NCBI GenBank assembly: GCA_048940925.1
Contig: JBHLOC010000001.1
Coordinates: 32,001-96,000 of the forward strand
Source: Promethearchaeota archaeon
GTDB taxonomy: Archaea; Asgardarchaeota; Lokiarchaeia; Sigyniarchaeales; SOKP01
Reading direction: 5' to 3'
Length of the DNA stretch: 64,000 nucleotides
Of the stretch, positions 28,734-39,380 are shown one piece after another (position 1 is the first letter of the stretch; each line of letters begins with the position of its first letter). The notes under the pieces were generated by a model, which was not told the origin of the DNA, searched no databases, and saw only the letters and a list, made by a program, of their open reading frames with translations. The position numbers and the translations under genes are program-made.

Positions 28734-31598
28734 ATGTCATATAAAGATATTAAATTCAAAGATTTAACTCCTATGTTAAAGCACTGGTATTCTATTCGTA
28801 AAAGGTATCCTCCAGAACATCTTATTGCTTACAGAATGGGAGATTTTTATGAATTCTTTTATGATGATGCGAAAAGAATTTCAAAATTATTAGGAATAAC
28901 TTTAACTAAAAGAGGAGATGTTCCTTTAGCAGGGATTCCTCACCATTCGGGACATAATTATTTCAATAATCTTATGAATCTTGGTAAAACTTTAGTAATA
29001 GTAGATCAGTTAGAGGATCCCTCTACTGTGAAGGGAAGAATTGTTAAACGAGGAGTTACAAGAATACTTTCACCAGGTACATTAATAGAACCAAATTTAT
29101 TAAAATCGAATGAGAATAATTATATTGCATCAATGGTAAAAGAGAGAAGTGGATTTGGAGTTGCTTTCACAGATATATCAACAGGAGAATTTGTCACAAC
29201 TGAATTTTCTTATAAAGAAAAGGATCCCCAAGAAAAATTACTTAGCCTATTTTCTCAATATGACCCTGTAGAAATTATTATTCCTCCTGAACTGAAAGAA
29301 GATGAGAGACTTTTTATAATATTAACAGATTTAACAAAAGCAATTCTTAAACCCTACGAAGAACATTATTTTTTATATGAGGAGGCTCACGCATTAATTT
29401 CTCGTCATTTCAAAATTTCAAATTTGAAAAGTTTTGGTTTAGACGATAAAAAACTAGCAGTTCAAGCCGTAGGAGGATTATTAGCATTTTTAAAAGATAC
29501 CCAAAGAGATGTAGTTCCAAATATTTTTAAAATAATTCTTATACAAGAAAAAAACATACTACACTTGGATTATATTACACAAAGAAATTTAGAATTAATT
29601 AATTCTTTATGGGACAGAGGAAAAGATGCTACACTTTATTCTATTTTTAACCATACGAGCACTCCAATGGGAGCTCGTTTATTGAAGAAATTTATCCTCC
29701 AACCTCTAACAAAAATTGAGGAAATCAATCAAAGATTAAATATTGTCCAAAAATTTAAGGATGATATATTTTTAAGATCTGATCTAAGGGAAGAATTAGG
29801 AGTTATTGGCGATCTTGAAAGATTTATAAATAGGATTAATTATATTGGTCGTAGTAATGCTAGAGACTTAATAAATGTCAAAAATTCTTTACAAAAAGTT
29901 CCCATTATCAAAGATATATTAGAAAAGGCAGATATTCCAGAAATTTCACAATTCATCGAAAAAATTCAATCTTTTAATGAAGTAAGGGATCTAATTAATA
30001 TTTCAATTAAAGATAATCCACCTACCACCATCATGGAAGGAAATTTAATTAAAGATGGTTTTAATAATGAAGTAGATGAGCTTAGGGAAATAATTCGCAA
30101 TGGAAAAAAATATATTTTAGCATATGAAGAAGAACAGAAGAAAAGATGGAATTTATCTTCAGGATTAAAAGTTGGTTATAATAATATTCTTGGGTATTAT
30201 ATTGAAATAACTCTTAAAACTCTAAAGAATTTAAAAACTCTTCCTGAAGAATACAATGAAAGAGCTACTCTTAAAAATGCCAAAAGATACACCACGAATC
30301 GTTTAAAAGAACTTGAAGAAAAAATAGTTAATGCAGAAGAGAAAATAAATGATTTAGAATATGAGATTTTTAATACTATTCGTGAAAATGTTGAGAAAGA
30401 AACTGAAAATATACTTGAAACTGCTAAAAATATTGCTATTATTGATGTTCTCTCATGTTTTGCCGAAATTGCGGAACAATATAACTACTGTCGACCTATT
30501 ATTAATAATGAAGACAAAATCATAATTAAAGATGGAAGGCATCCCGTAATTGAACAGATAAATTTGGATGAACAGTTCATTCCTAATAACTGCTATATGG
30601 ATAATGATAATGATCAAATATTAATAATTACAGGTCCAAACATGGCAGGTAAAAGTACATATCTAAGGCAAGTGGCTTTAATATGTATTATTGCGCAAAT
30701 GGGATGTTTTGTTCCTGCTAAATCTGCCACAATAGGCGTGATTGATCAAATTTTTACTCGAATTGGAGCTTCAGATGATCTTGCGAGAAAATTGAGTACA
30801 TTTATGATAGAAATGACTGAAACTGCAAAAATATTAAACTTTGCAACAGAGAAAAGTCTTGTCATAATTGATGAATTAGGACGGGGAACGAGTACGAGTG
30901 ATGGTCAGAGTATAGCAATGGCTACTCTTGAAAAGCTACATGAATCGCAAATTAAAACTTTATTTAGTACCCATTATCATCAATTAACAGAAATTTCATT
31001 GCCGAGAGTAAAAAATTATCACTTAGATATTATTGAAAATGATGATGGTAGTATAAATTTTGTAAGAACATTGAAACCGGGAGGTACAGATAAATCCTAT
31101 GGAATTCATGTTGCGAAGTTAGCAGGAATCCCCGATGATGTAATAATAAGAGCTTTTGAAATACTTGAACAAATAGAAGATAAAGATCCTTTTATCACTG
31201 CAGTTAGAGAAAACGGGGAAATAGCTTTCTCAGATAAATACTATAATAAAATTATCAATGAAAAAAAGGTTGAACTTGATAAATTAAATGAGGACCTAAA
31301 GATGATAAAAGAATCCTTAAACGAGTGTAAAGCAGATTTAAGTAAAAGTAAAAGTGAATTAGAGCATAAAAAAAATGTAATAAAAGAACTAGAAATTAAA
31401 AAATCAAAATTTTCCGAAATAAAAACTCAAAAAAGGAAACAATATGTTCAAACTAGCCTATTTGAACCTCTAATCAGTAAAAAAGAAATGTTAGATTTAC
31501 TTCATTTTATCAAAGAAATTGATATTAAATCTGATACCTTGGAAAAATTAAAAGGAAAATTAACAGAACTCAAAAAAAAAATAGAAAAGTTCAACTAA
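28734..31598 (+). CDS. mutS: DNA mismatch repair protein MutS (MutS1)
   Basis: TPM..., RMGDFYEFF, GRHPVIE, GPNMAGKSTYLRQ, STFMIEM, DELGRGTST and SYGIHVA. Confidence 0.96.
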   Translation: MSYKDIKFKDLTPMLKHWYSIRKRYPPEHLIAYRMGDFYEFFYDDAKRISKLLGITLTKRGDVPLAGIPHHSGHNYFNNLMNLGKTLVIVDQLEDPSTVKGRIVKRGVTRILSPGTLIEPNLLKSNENNYIASMVKERSGFGVAFTDISTGEFVTTEFSYKEKDPQEKLLSLFSQYDPVEIIIPPELKEDERLFIILTDLTKAILKPYEEHYFLYEEAHALISRHFKISNLKSFGLDDKKLAVQAVGGLLAFLKDTQRDVVPNIFKIILIQEKNILHLDYITQRNLELINSLWDRGKDATLYSIFNHTSTPMGARLLKKFILQPLTKIEEINQRLNIVQKFKDDIFLRSDLREELGVIGDLERFINRINYIGRSNARDLINVKNSLQKVPIIKDILEKADIPEISQFIEKIQSFNEVRDLINISIKDNPPTTIMEGNLIKDGFNNEVDELREIIRNGKKYILAYEEEQKKRWNLSSGLKVGYNNILGYYIEITLKTLKNLKTLPEEYNERATLKNAKRYTTNRLKELEEKIVNAEEKINDLEYEIFNTIRENVEKETENILETAKNIAIIDVLSCFAEIAEQYNYCRPIINNEDKIIIKDGRHPVIEQINLDEQFIPNNCYMDNDNDQILIITGPNMAGKSTYLRQVALICIIAQMGCFVPAKSATIGVIDQIFTRIGASDDLARKLSTFMIEMTETAKILNFATEKSLVIIDELGRGTSTSDGQSIAMATLEKLHESQIKTLFSTHYHQLTEISLPRVKNYHLDIIENDDGSINFVRTLKPGGTDKSYGIHVAKLAGIPDDVIIRAFEILEQIEDKDPFITAVRENGEIAFSDKYYNKIINEKKVELDKLNEDLKMIKESLNECKADLSKSKSELEHKKNVIKELEIKKSKFSEIKTQKRKQYVQTSLFEPLISKKEMLDLLHFIKEIDIKSDTLEKLKGKLTELKKKIEKFN

Positions 31599-32521
31599 TC
31601 AATGATAACAGGAATTATAAAGACTATTGTGGTCAGATATATATAATATAGTGATACTATAGAAACCAAGAAAATTCTAGATAACTTTTTCCTGTTTTCA
31701 TTTTTGATATTTTCTAAAAGTATTATTAATAGCAAACCGATGAACATTAAATGTGAAGGCTGTAAAGCTTTCCACATAATTGAGTCTAAAATTAAAATGC
31801 CATGGATTTCCTCATCACTATAAAGCCAGTTATTGAACATTTGAAAGAAATAATTAGGGAATATCATATAAGGAATACACATTATAATAAAAGGAACCAA
31901 ATAATAGATGAGATCTTTCCATTTTATTTTTTTAATCACAAGTAAGACAGGAAGATATAAAATTGCAGTTATTTTAAATGTAGCTAATGTAAAGAGAATA
32001 CCAGCAAACCATTTTTTATCATTTTCTAAATAAACATATGAATAAAATAAGAAGAACACAATTAAAAAGTTGACATTATTATAATAGGCATCAATACTAT
32101 ATCCTACTGTGCCAAATATGTAAAAAATAAGTAAATCCTTTTTATTTTTAAACATTTTTGGAGATTCCTTAAGAACCCAGATTGCTAGTATCAATCTTAA
32201 CGTATCCCATACATAAACACCTATTAATTCATTTAGAGGAATAATATATATTGGAAAAAATAAAAAATACCAAAAATAGAGATAATATGGAGGCCATTTA
32301 ACACCTTTAGGATGCTCATAGAAATTAACTAGCCCATTTTTCATGCCTTCTAAAAGGATTTTAAAATCGATATCCTTTGTTTGTTTTATCCAAGGTAGGA
32401 TTTCAAAAAAATATAACAATATCCTTAAAGTAATAAGGAAAATAGTAATTGTTATGAATATATAGATGAAATATGTGTGAATTGGATATTCTTTCTGATT
32501 CTCTTGTTTTTGTTCTAGCAT
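31595..32521 (-). CDS. polytopic membrane protein, glycosyltransferase family 87 (DUF2029)-like
   Basis: About 8-9 hydrophobic segments with D-F, PPYY, NNVN and AGIL.TLATFK patterns. Confidence 0.6.
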   Translation of the reverse strand: MLEQKQENQKEYPIHTYFIYIFITITIFLITLRILLYFFEILPWIKQTKDIDFKILLEGMKNGLVNFYEHPKGVKWPPYYLYFWYFLFFPIYIIPLNELIGVYVWDTLRLILAIWVLKESPKMFKNKKDLLIFYIFGTVGYSIDAYYNNVNFLIVFFLFYSYVYLENDKKWFAGILFTLATFKITAILYLPVLLVIKKIKWKDLIYYLVPFIIMCIPYMIFPNYFFQMFNNWLYSDEEIHGILILDSIMWKALQPSHLMFIGLLLIILLENIKNENRKKLSRIFLVSIVSLYYIYLTTIVFIIPVIID

Positions 32522-32686
32522 AAATAGTTAATATATATTAAATGAGATTTAAAAGCCTTACTTATATATGTTAATTTATTTAAATCATAATAGAGTAGTA
32601 TTTTAAATTTGAAAATAATGTGAAATATATTAACTAAAGATAATTATCATTTCATTGAAAAAGATTAAAAATTATTTGATAATACT

Positions 32687-34549
32687 TTGAAATCAAGAAA
32701 AATTGTAAAAATCTTAGATGCAGAAAAAATAGCTGCTGGAGAAGTTGTTGAACGCCCAGCTAATGTTGTAAAAGAACTTATAGAAAATAGTGTAGATGCA
32801 GAAGCTACAGAAATAAGAATAATTGTTAAGAAAGCGGGAAAATCATTAATTCAAGTGATTGACAATGGATTAGGAATCTCACCTGAAGATATAGAAATTG
32901 CCTTTGAAAGGCATACAAGCAGTAAAATAAGGAGTATTGAAGATTTAGCAGATTTATCTACTTTAGGTTTTAGAGGAGAAGCACTTGCTAGTATATGTGC
33001 AGTGAGCCAAGTTAAAATTACTTCACGAATCAAAGGAAATGAAACAGGTGTACATTTAGTTATTGAAGGAGGTAATATAATCTCTAAAAATGAAGTTTCT
33101 TGCCCTATTGGGACTAATATTATAGTAAAAAATCTTTTTTATAATATTCCTGCGAGACAGAAATTTCTTAAAAAAGATTCGACAGAATTGGGACATATAA
33201 CCGATATAGTTCAACGATATTCTTTAGCATTTCCAGAACTTCACTTTATTTATCGACACAATGATTTAGATATTTTGAATTGTCCAGCTAATAATGATCT
33301 TAAGACAACAATATTTCATATATATGGAAAGCAGACTGCTAACTTAATGGAGCATATAAATTACTATAGCGAAGATTCCCCATTTAGATTATATGGGTTA
33401 TTAGGACATCCTCAAATAGCAAAAAAGAGTAGAATATATTCAAGTTTGTTTTTAAATCGTCGTTATATTGTCAGTGACATATTGTATAGATCAGTAAAAG
33501 AAGCATATGAAGGAACAATGATGGTAAGTAGATATCCGTTTTATGTAATATTTATTGACCTTGATCCCTCCACAGTAGATTTTAATATTCATCCTAAAAA
33601 ACTTCATGTCAGATTTGAAAAAGAGGAAGAATTGTTTAATAAAGTCTACAGAATAATTCGAGATTTTATTGAAGATAAATTTATAACAAAAGAAGCTAAA
33701 TATATATCTACTGAATTGGGAGAATTTCTACCCCTCAAAGATAAAAAAGAACAATCATCTAGAAAAGATTTAGAGTTAAAAGAAGATTTGTTAGAAACAA
33801 ATGAAATTTTAACACAAAAAAATCAAAAAATTGAAGAGAGTGTTCAGTTGAGCTTAATTGACCAAGTCCTTAAAGAGAAAAAGGGAAGTAAAATTTTATC
33901 AGAATCATATTTAAGGGAAAAATATATAATTTCTAAAGACTTTCCTAAAGTACGTCTAATTTCTTACACAGGTCAACTAAGCAACAAAACTTATGTTGTT
34001 TTGGAGGGCATTAATGAAAATGATGAAGAGGGTTTATTTATTTTAGATCAACATGCTGCCGCAGAAAGAATTAAAAAAGAACAACTTCTAGAATTATATG
34101 AAGGTACTAAAAAAAATATACAAAAATTAATTTCACCTTTAAAATTCGAGGTTGCCCCAAGTGAAAAAATCTTTTTAACAGATAATCTAGGTGAAATAAA
34201 GAAACTGGGATTTTTATTTGAGTATTTTGGTGGAAATACCTTTCTTTTAAGAGGGATTCCTGTTATTATGCATAAAGTTCCAGAAGTTAATATTATAAAA
34301 GAAATTATTAGCGATATTACCTTGATTGGTAAAGATAAAACTTTTTCAGGGGTGAAGGAGGAAATTATTAATTATTTAGCGTGTCACAAAAGCATTAGAG
34401 GTGGAGATGATCTAACATTAAAAGATATAAGAAACTTATTATTGGATTTAGCTGATTGTAAAGATTCGTATCATTGTGCCCATGGCAGACCTACTTTAAG
34501 ATTTTTTTCTTTTAAAGAGTTAGACAAATTATTTAAAAGAACTGGTTAG
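32687..34549 (+). CDS. mutL: DNA mismatch repair endonuclease MutL
   Basis: IAAGEVVERP, TLGFRGEALASI, VDFNIHPKK, DQHAAAERIKKE, ACH and CAHGRPT. Confidence 0.96.
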   Translation: MKSRKIVKILDAEKIAAGEVVERPANVVKELIENSVDAEATEIRIIVKKAGKSLIQVIDNGLGISPEDIEIAFERHTSSKIRSIEDLADLSTLGFRGEALASICAVSQVKITSRIKGNETGVHLVIEGGNIISKNEVSCPIGTNIIVKNLFYNIPARQKFLKKDSTELGHITDIVQRYSLAFPELHFIYRHNDLDILNCPANNDLKTTIFHIYGKQTANLMEHINYYSEDSPFRLYGLLGHPQIAKKSRIYSSLFLNRRYIVSDILYRSVKEAYEGTMMVSRYPFYVIFIDLDPSTVDFNIHPKKLHVRFEKEEELFNKVYRIIRDFIEDKFITKEAKYISTELGEFLPLKDKKEQSSRKDLELKEDLLETNEILTQKNQKIEESVQLSLIDQVLKEKKGSKILSESYLREKYIISKDFPKVRLISYTGQLSNKTYVVLEGINENDEEGLFILDQHAAAERIKKEQLLELYEGTKKNIQKLISPLKFEVAPSEKIFLTDNLGEIKKLGFLFEYFGGNTFLLRGIPVIMHKVPEVNIIKEIISDITLIGKDKTFSGVKEEIINYLACHKSIRGGDDLTLKDIRNLLLDLADCKDSYHCAHGRPTLRFFSFKELDKLFKRTG

Positions 34550-34586
34550 AAATAATAATAATCATAGCAAAACTTTTTATTCCATC

Positions 34587-34853
34587 TTACGCTTTTGAAA
34601 AAGCGATAGCTTCAATGGCTTGTATCCCGCCGACTTGTCCGAATAGTTCTTCAAGTCTATCAGTACCACCCCATTCTTCAGGATATCTAACTCTAACTCT
34701 TGCTTTTTTTAATCCAAAAGCAACAGGTATAATTTCATAACGTTCAATAATACATTTATCAGCTATCGCTTTTTTTAACTTTTCAACAAGATTTTCAAAA
34801 TCTATGTCAGTTTCATCTGGAATTACATCAATTAAAGCAATATATTCTCCCAT
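34587..34853 (-). CDS. ef1b: translation elongation factor 1-beta
   Basis: PVAFGLK and GGTD.LEE, 88 aa; lies next to a DUF1610 gene as in other archaea. Confidence 0.9.
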   Translation of the reverse strand: MGEYIALIDVIPDETDIDFENLVEKLKKAIADKCIIERYEIIPVAFGLKKARVRVRYPEEWGGTDRLEELFGQVGGIQAIEAIAFSKA

Positions 34854-34967
34854 TTTAATTTCCTTTTCAATTTTTTAATAAAACTTGACTTAAAATTATA
34901 ATATTCTTTTTTTAGTATTATAAAATAAAGTCCAATTCATTCTAGTTAGATTTTTCTATTTCTTATT

Positions 34968-35141
34968 TTAAGGCCCTATAAATTCGCATTTTAAGCATTT
35001 ATACGAATTTCCTGATTGTCTACAACGTTCACATCTCCAAATAGTAACATCTCCGCATTGAGGACAAGGAAAATGAACTGCTGCTTCATAAGGAGCAATA
35101 GGTCTTCCACAACCGAAACAAATGTTTTTCTTGTAACTCAT
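34968..35141 (-). CDS. DUF1610 / HVO_2753-like Zn-ribbon protein (missed by ORF track)
   Basis: Own translation MSYKKNICFGCGRPIAPYEAAVHFPCPQCGDVTIWRCERCRQSGNSYKCLKCEFIGP*: four CxxC pairs and the F.GP end, directly upstream of EF-1beta. Confidence 0.9.
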   Translation of the reverse strand: MSYKKNICFGCGRPIAPYEAAVHFPCPQCGDVTIWRCERCRQSGNSYKCLKCEFIGP

Positions 35142-35385
35142 AGATAAATCAATTATTACTTTAATAAGACTTGGATTTTAAAATAAATTATAATTTTAAT
35201 TATTTTTGGTTTTGATAATTAGAACTGATTGAAAAACTTTTATATGATTAACTGTATAAATTTAATTTAATTATTATAGGAAAAAGAGTAAATTAAATTT
35301 TAAATTAATTAACAATATTATTAGTATATACATCATTTGAATATTTTTAAAGAATTTCTCTAAATATAAGGAAGGTAAGAATTCA

Positions 35386-35916
35386 ATGCCAGAGAATAAA
35401 GTAAAAAAATATTTTTCTTTGATTGAAGCATGGGCTTGGTGTGATATCTGCGAAGATATGGTGGCTTTGAGAATTGACAAGAAAGAAATCATTGATGGAT
35501 TGAAGATGGGTATATATACAAAGGAATATAGACATTCAAACCCTTATCCTAATCCTGATGACACAGAAGACCTTTCTGGTCAAGAACATACTGTGTATGT
35601 CTATATTAATGATAATTTTGATGTTACGGGTGTAAAAACATTCTTTGGAGAATCTCTTAGCACTGAAGAAATTGTTGCAGAAACTGTTCAAGCAGGAGGT
35701 GAAGTAAGGATTCCAATAGTTGTCAAAGAGATTTCACCAATGGCGGTTCAATTAGGAATGCTTACAAAAGAAGAATTTATGGTCTTAAAGATTTGCGATG
35801 GTATGAATTCCCTTGAGCAAGTAGCTGAGATTGCTCAGAAAAGTATAGAGGAAATTGAAACAATGATGGATAAGCTAAGAAAAAAAGGTTTAGTTAAAGT
35901 TATTAGAAGAACTTAA
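35386..35916 (+). CDS. hypothetical protein: putative CxxC/His metal-binding N-domain plus C-terminal winged HTH
   Basis: WCDIC...H...HTVYVYIND; C-terminal LKICDG.NSLEQVAEI...LRKKGLVK. Confidence 0.7.
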   Translation: MPENKVKKYFSLIEAWAWCDICEDMVALRIDKKEIIDGLKMGIYTKEYRHSNPYPNPDDTEDLSGQEHTVYVYINDNFDVTGVKTFFGESLSTEEIVAETVQAGGEVRIPIVVKEISPMAVQLGMLTKEEFMVLKICDGMNSLEQVAEIAQKSIEEIETMMDKLRKKGLVKVIRRT

Positions 35917-36078
35917 TCTTTTACTACCCAATTTTAGTTCTAATTTTTTTGGGTTTTGAACTCCTTTTTAATATTTAATATTTAGAATAAAATTTACCAA
36001 TCAAATTATAAAAAGAGATATAATTGTATTTTCTTTTGTTAGAATTCAATAGAATGTTATTGTATTAACCCTATTTGA

Positions 36079-36738
36079 TTAAGAATTTTTTTGCGATTTT
36101 ATTTTTTTTCCACCCTCTTTTAATCCTAAGTGAAGAGCTTTTATATTTTTATCAGGATCTCTAAGCCATTCTTTTATTACTTCTTCGTAATGTTCAATTT
36201 CAATAAAAGGCAATTTACCAGTTGGGATGGCGAAACCAAGCATGATGAGATTCATATATAGATTCGAATTAAATTCTCTCAAAGCCAATTCTGTAGCATT
36301 TATAAAATATACATTATTAGAATACTTACTAAGTATCTCTTTTATATTATCTAAGGAGGGATATGCTTCTAAATTTGCAGTAATCATAATTCCTGGAATA
36401 GTTCTTGAGTTTAAAACAAATGAGGTCTTAGTCGAAGCAAATATTCCTCTACGTAACGCTTCTACTGGTTCAAAACAAATATAGAGATCTGCATCTCCAT
36501 TACATACAAGAGGACATTGTAGATTTTTTCTTTCATCTTTAAGGATTTTTTTTTGATAACGTGTATGGCTCATGATAGCTCCCTCTCGCTGTGCAAGGCC
36601 ATGATCTTCAGATCCAAAACTTCTTTCAACACCAGCCTTCTGTGAAGCAAATTCAATTAATCTCTTTAAGGTTATTACACCCTGTCCTGCAGTACCAGCA
36701 ATTACAATATTTACTATATCTGTTTCTTTAAACTTCAC
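36079..36738 (-). CDS. iorB: indolepyruvate:ferredoxin oxidoreductase beta subunit
   Basis: AGTAGQGVI, HGLAQREG and FEPVEALR. Confidence 0.88.
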   Translation of the reverse strand: MKFKETDIVNIVIAGTAGQGVITLKRLIEFASQKAGVERSFGSEDHGLAQREGAIMSHTRYQKKILKDERKNLQCPLVCNGDADLYICFEPVEALRRGIFASTKTSFVLNSRTIPGIMITANLEAYPSLDNIKEILSKYSNNVYFINATELALREFNSNLYMNLIMLGFAIPTGKLPFIEIEHYEEVIKEWLRDPDKNIKALHLGLKEGGKKIKSQKNS

Positions 36739-38671
36739 GGAAAGGCACCTCTGTGTCTAATGAGTTATAGATAGTTTTGTGAATTGCTCCGTTTGGGCAA
36801 ATCTCATAACATACTCCACATTTTATACAACGATCTTGATCAATTTGCATAGACTCAATTCCATCAACTTCAGTTCTTCTTATTGCTGGGCAACTTAAAA
36901 TTCGTGCACAATCATAACACATTTGACATCCATGAATTAGGTATTCTATTTCTTGCACTTTCTTGTCTTGTTCCTTAATTCTGCGTATTTGATCCATTCT
37001 CCATCTATGTGCTTGTAGCCCACATTCACGTTTTATGATTATTACTTTTAAACCATCATTATGTAAAGCTTCCTCAATACTTTTTATCAATTTTTTTGGT
37101 TTATATGAATCTTCTACTCGTATCCATGGAACGCCTATTGCTTTACATAAACTTTCAATTGAAAATCCTTGATTAATTAAGTATCTAAGGACGTCATTTT
37201 GATGACCAGTCATTGCTGTCCAAGAGTTTTCAAAAATAATAAGTAAGATGTTTGAGTTATATCCAACTGCTTCTGTTAATGGAGACATACCGGTATGAAA
37301 GAATGTAGAATCCCCAATCATAGCAACTACTTTTTGATTTGTTTTTGTTGACATCCCAATTGCTGCACTTAATCCTCCCGACATGCAAATTACTAAATCT
37401 GAACATTGTTGAGGTGGGAAAAAGGACATTACGTAGCATCCAATATCTCCACAAATTATAGTGTTTTCTAAATGATTAGTTGCCTTTAATATTGAATAAA
37501 GAGTGGCGCGTTCAGGACACCCAGCACAAAATGTTGGAAACCTACTAGGGATAATATCTTTATATGAATTGAAATATTCAATACTTTTTATCAATTGTAT
37601 ATTAGGTTGTTTATTAAATATCTTAGCTAAACGTTCTGCTACTAATCCCGTAGAATATTCGTTATATTTAGGGAAGTACTTTTGTCCAAGGATATCAACA
37701 TTTATTTTATAATTATGTGCGATTTCGGATATTTTGGTTTCTAAAAATGGTTCTAATTCTTCGATAACAATTACTTTTTCAAGATTTTGAATATAATTGA
37801 TAATTTGCTCGTAATTTAATGGATACACCATTCCAAGCTTTAAAACTGAGATATTATTTAACTCTAATTGATTCAATGCTTCTAACGTATATCCAAAAGG
37901 CATTCCGCTTGTTATTATACCTACATTGTTTTCTCCAGGAATTATTTTGTTTAGTCCTAAGCGTGGAATTGTCTCTCGCAATTTTTCAATGCGTTCATAT
38001 AATCTAATATGGTTATTAATCGCATGTGGTGGTAATGAATTGAATTTAGGAATATTTCTAATAAATTCCCCCTTGTTTTTGCCTTTTACCAATGGATTTA
38101 ATTCAACGTACCCTCTAGAATGAGCACTTCTAGTTGTGGTTCTGATATTCATAACTAAATCATATTTTTCTGAAAGATCAAATGCTAATTTAATCCAATC
38201 CTTACATTCTTGAGGTGAATGGGGCTCAATAGTGGAAAGGTGGAGCATCCATGCATAAAACCGTTCATTTTGTTCCTGATGAGAACCAAGTGATCCAGGA
38301 TCAGCACCAACAGAGACAACCATCCCGCCTGGATTCGGACCATTTAACGCAATTACGCTTAAAGCATCACTAGCTACATTTAATCCAACATGTTTCATAG
38401 GGTTAAAACTTCTACATCCTGTCCATGCGGCTCCCGCACAGGAAGAAGTTGCAACTGCTTCATTTACAGCCCATTGATGAGTTAAATATTCTTTTATTTC
38501 TGGATTGGTTCTTAATATTTGATGAAAATATTCTCCAATATCGCTAGTAGGGGTACCAGGATACTGAGATACATAAGATACACCTGCTTCTAAGCAACCT
38601 CTTACAAGAGCCTCATTTCCAAGCATCAAAACTTTACCTTCATCAACTCTAAAGCGGTTATCTTTTTCCAT
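36728..38671 (-). CDS. iorA: indolepyruvate:ferredoxin oxidoreductase alpha subunit
   Basis: GNEAL.RG, YPGTP, MKHVGLNVA.D, FCAGCP, GDIGCY, GDSTFFH, TAMTGHQ and a C-terminal ferredoxin. Confidence 0.93.
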   Translation of the reverse strand: MEKDNRFRVDEGKVLMLGNEALVRGCLEAGVSYVSQYPGTPTSDIGEYFHQILRTNPEIKEYLTHQWAVNEAVATSSCAGAAWTGCRSFNPMKHVGLNVASDALSVIALNGPNPGGMVVSVGADPGSLGSHQEQNERFYAWMLHLSTIEPHSPQECKDWIKLAFDLSEKYDLVMNIRTTTRSAHSRGYVELNPLVKGKNKGEFIRNIPKFNSLPPHAINNHIRLYERIEKLRETIPRLGLNKIIPGENNVGIITSGMPFGYTLEALNQLELNNISVLKLGMVYPLNYEQIINYIQNLEKVIVIEELEPFLETKISEIAHNYKINVDILGQKYFPKYNEYSTGLVAERLAKIFNKQPNIQLIKSIEYFNSYKDIIPSRFPTFCAGCPERATLYSILKATNHLENTIICGDIGCYVMSFFPPQQCSDLVICMSGGLSAAIGMSTKTNQKVVAMIGDSTFFHTGMSPLTEAVGYNSNILLIIFENSWTAMTGHQNDVLRYLINQGFSIESLCKAIGVPWIRVEDSYKPKKLIKSIEEALHNDGLKVIIIKRECGLQAHRWRMDQIRRIKEQDKKVQEIEYLIHGCQMCYDCARILSCPAIRRTEVDGIESMQIDQDRCIKCGVCYEICPNGAIHKTIYNSLDTEVPFREV

Positions 38672-38786
38672 GAAAAAACCCTCTTATACTGTTTTAAATT
38701 AATTTATCTTTTAATAAACAATATAAAAAATATAATTTACTATTATCAGAAGTTAAGTTAAAAACTAATAAATAGATAATCTAAAA

Positions 38787-39320
38787 TTAGACAGTATCTT
38801 CTAGCATTTTTCTCGTTATGTTTTCAAAAAGTATTTCTACATTTTCACCAGTTTTAGAAGAACATTCATAAAATCCCTGTAAATTGTAATTGTTTGACAG
38901 TTCTTGGGCTTCTTCTGCTTCAACAGATCTTTTATCCTGTAAGTCCGCTTTTCCTCCTATCATAATTATTGGTATTTTTATTTGTTCATCGGAAACAAAG
39001 TATTCAAAAATAGAGAGCCAATCTTTCATGTTATTAAGACTAGAATATCTTGTTATATCATACATAAAGATTCCTCCGTCTGCTCCCTTTGCAAAGCTTG
39101 GTAACAGCACTCTAAAGCGTTTTTCTCCTGCAAAATCCCATATCCGAAGAGTAACTCTTTGACCATCTATTTCTAAATTTTTTACACTAAAATCGGCACC
39201 AATCGTCATTTTTATATCTTTTTCAAATACTCTAGTGACAAACCGTCTAATTAATGTAGTTTTCCCTACTCCACCATCTCCAAATATACACAATTTAAAA
39301 GCTCTCTTTTGTTCTGTCAA
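38787..39320 (-). CDS. Rab-like small GTPase (Ras superfamily)
   Basis: GDGGVGKT, TIGADF, IWDFAG, GKADL and ECSSKTGENV. Confidence 0.92.
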   Translation of the reverse strand: MTEQKRAFKLCIFGDGGVGKTTLIRRFVTRVFEKDIKMTIGADFSVKNLEIDGQRVTLRIWDFAGEKRFRVLLPSFAKGADGGIFMYDITRYSSLNNMKDWLSIFEYFVSDEQIKIPIIMIGGKADLQDKRSVEAEEAQELSNNYNLQGFYECSSKTGENVEILFENITRKMLEDTV

Positions 39321-39380
39321 TTTTAACGCCTAATTTCTAATTAAATTATAAATTTGTGTAAAGATAAAAATTCTTGAAAT

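Noticed and set aside
28734-34549. Dam/MutH-type methyl-directed repair linked to the GATC cluster
   Set aside because: MutL carries its own endonuclease motifs, and no mutH or dam gene is present in the window.
35274-35492. 72-aa minus-strand ORF (and the similar 45960-46175 plus-strand ORF)
   Set aside because: Low-complexity translations of AT-rich intergenic DNA that overlap better-supported genes.
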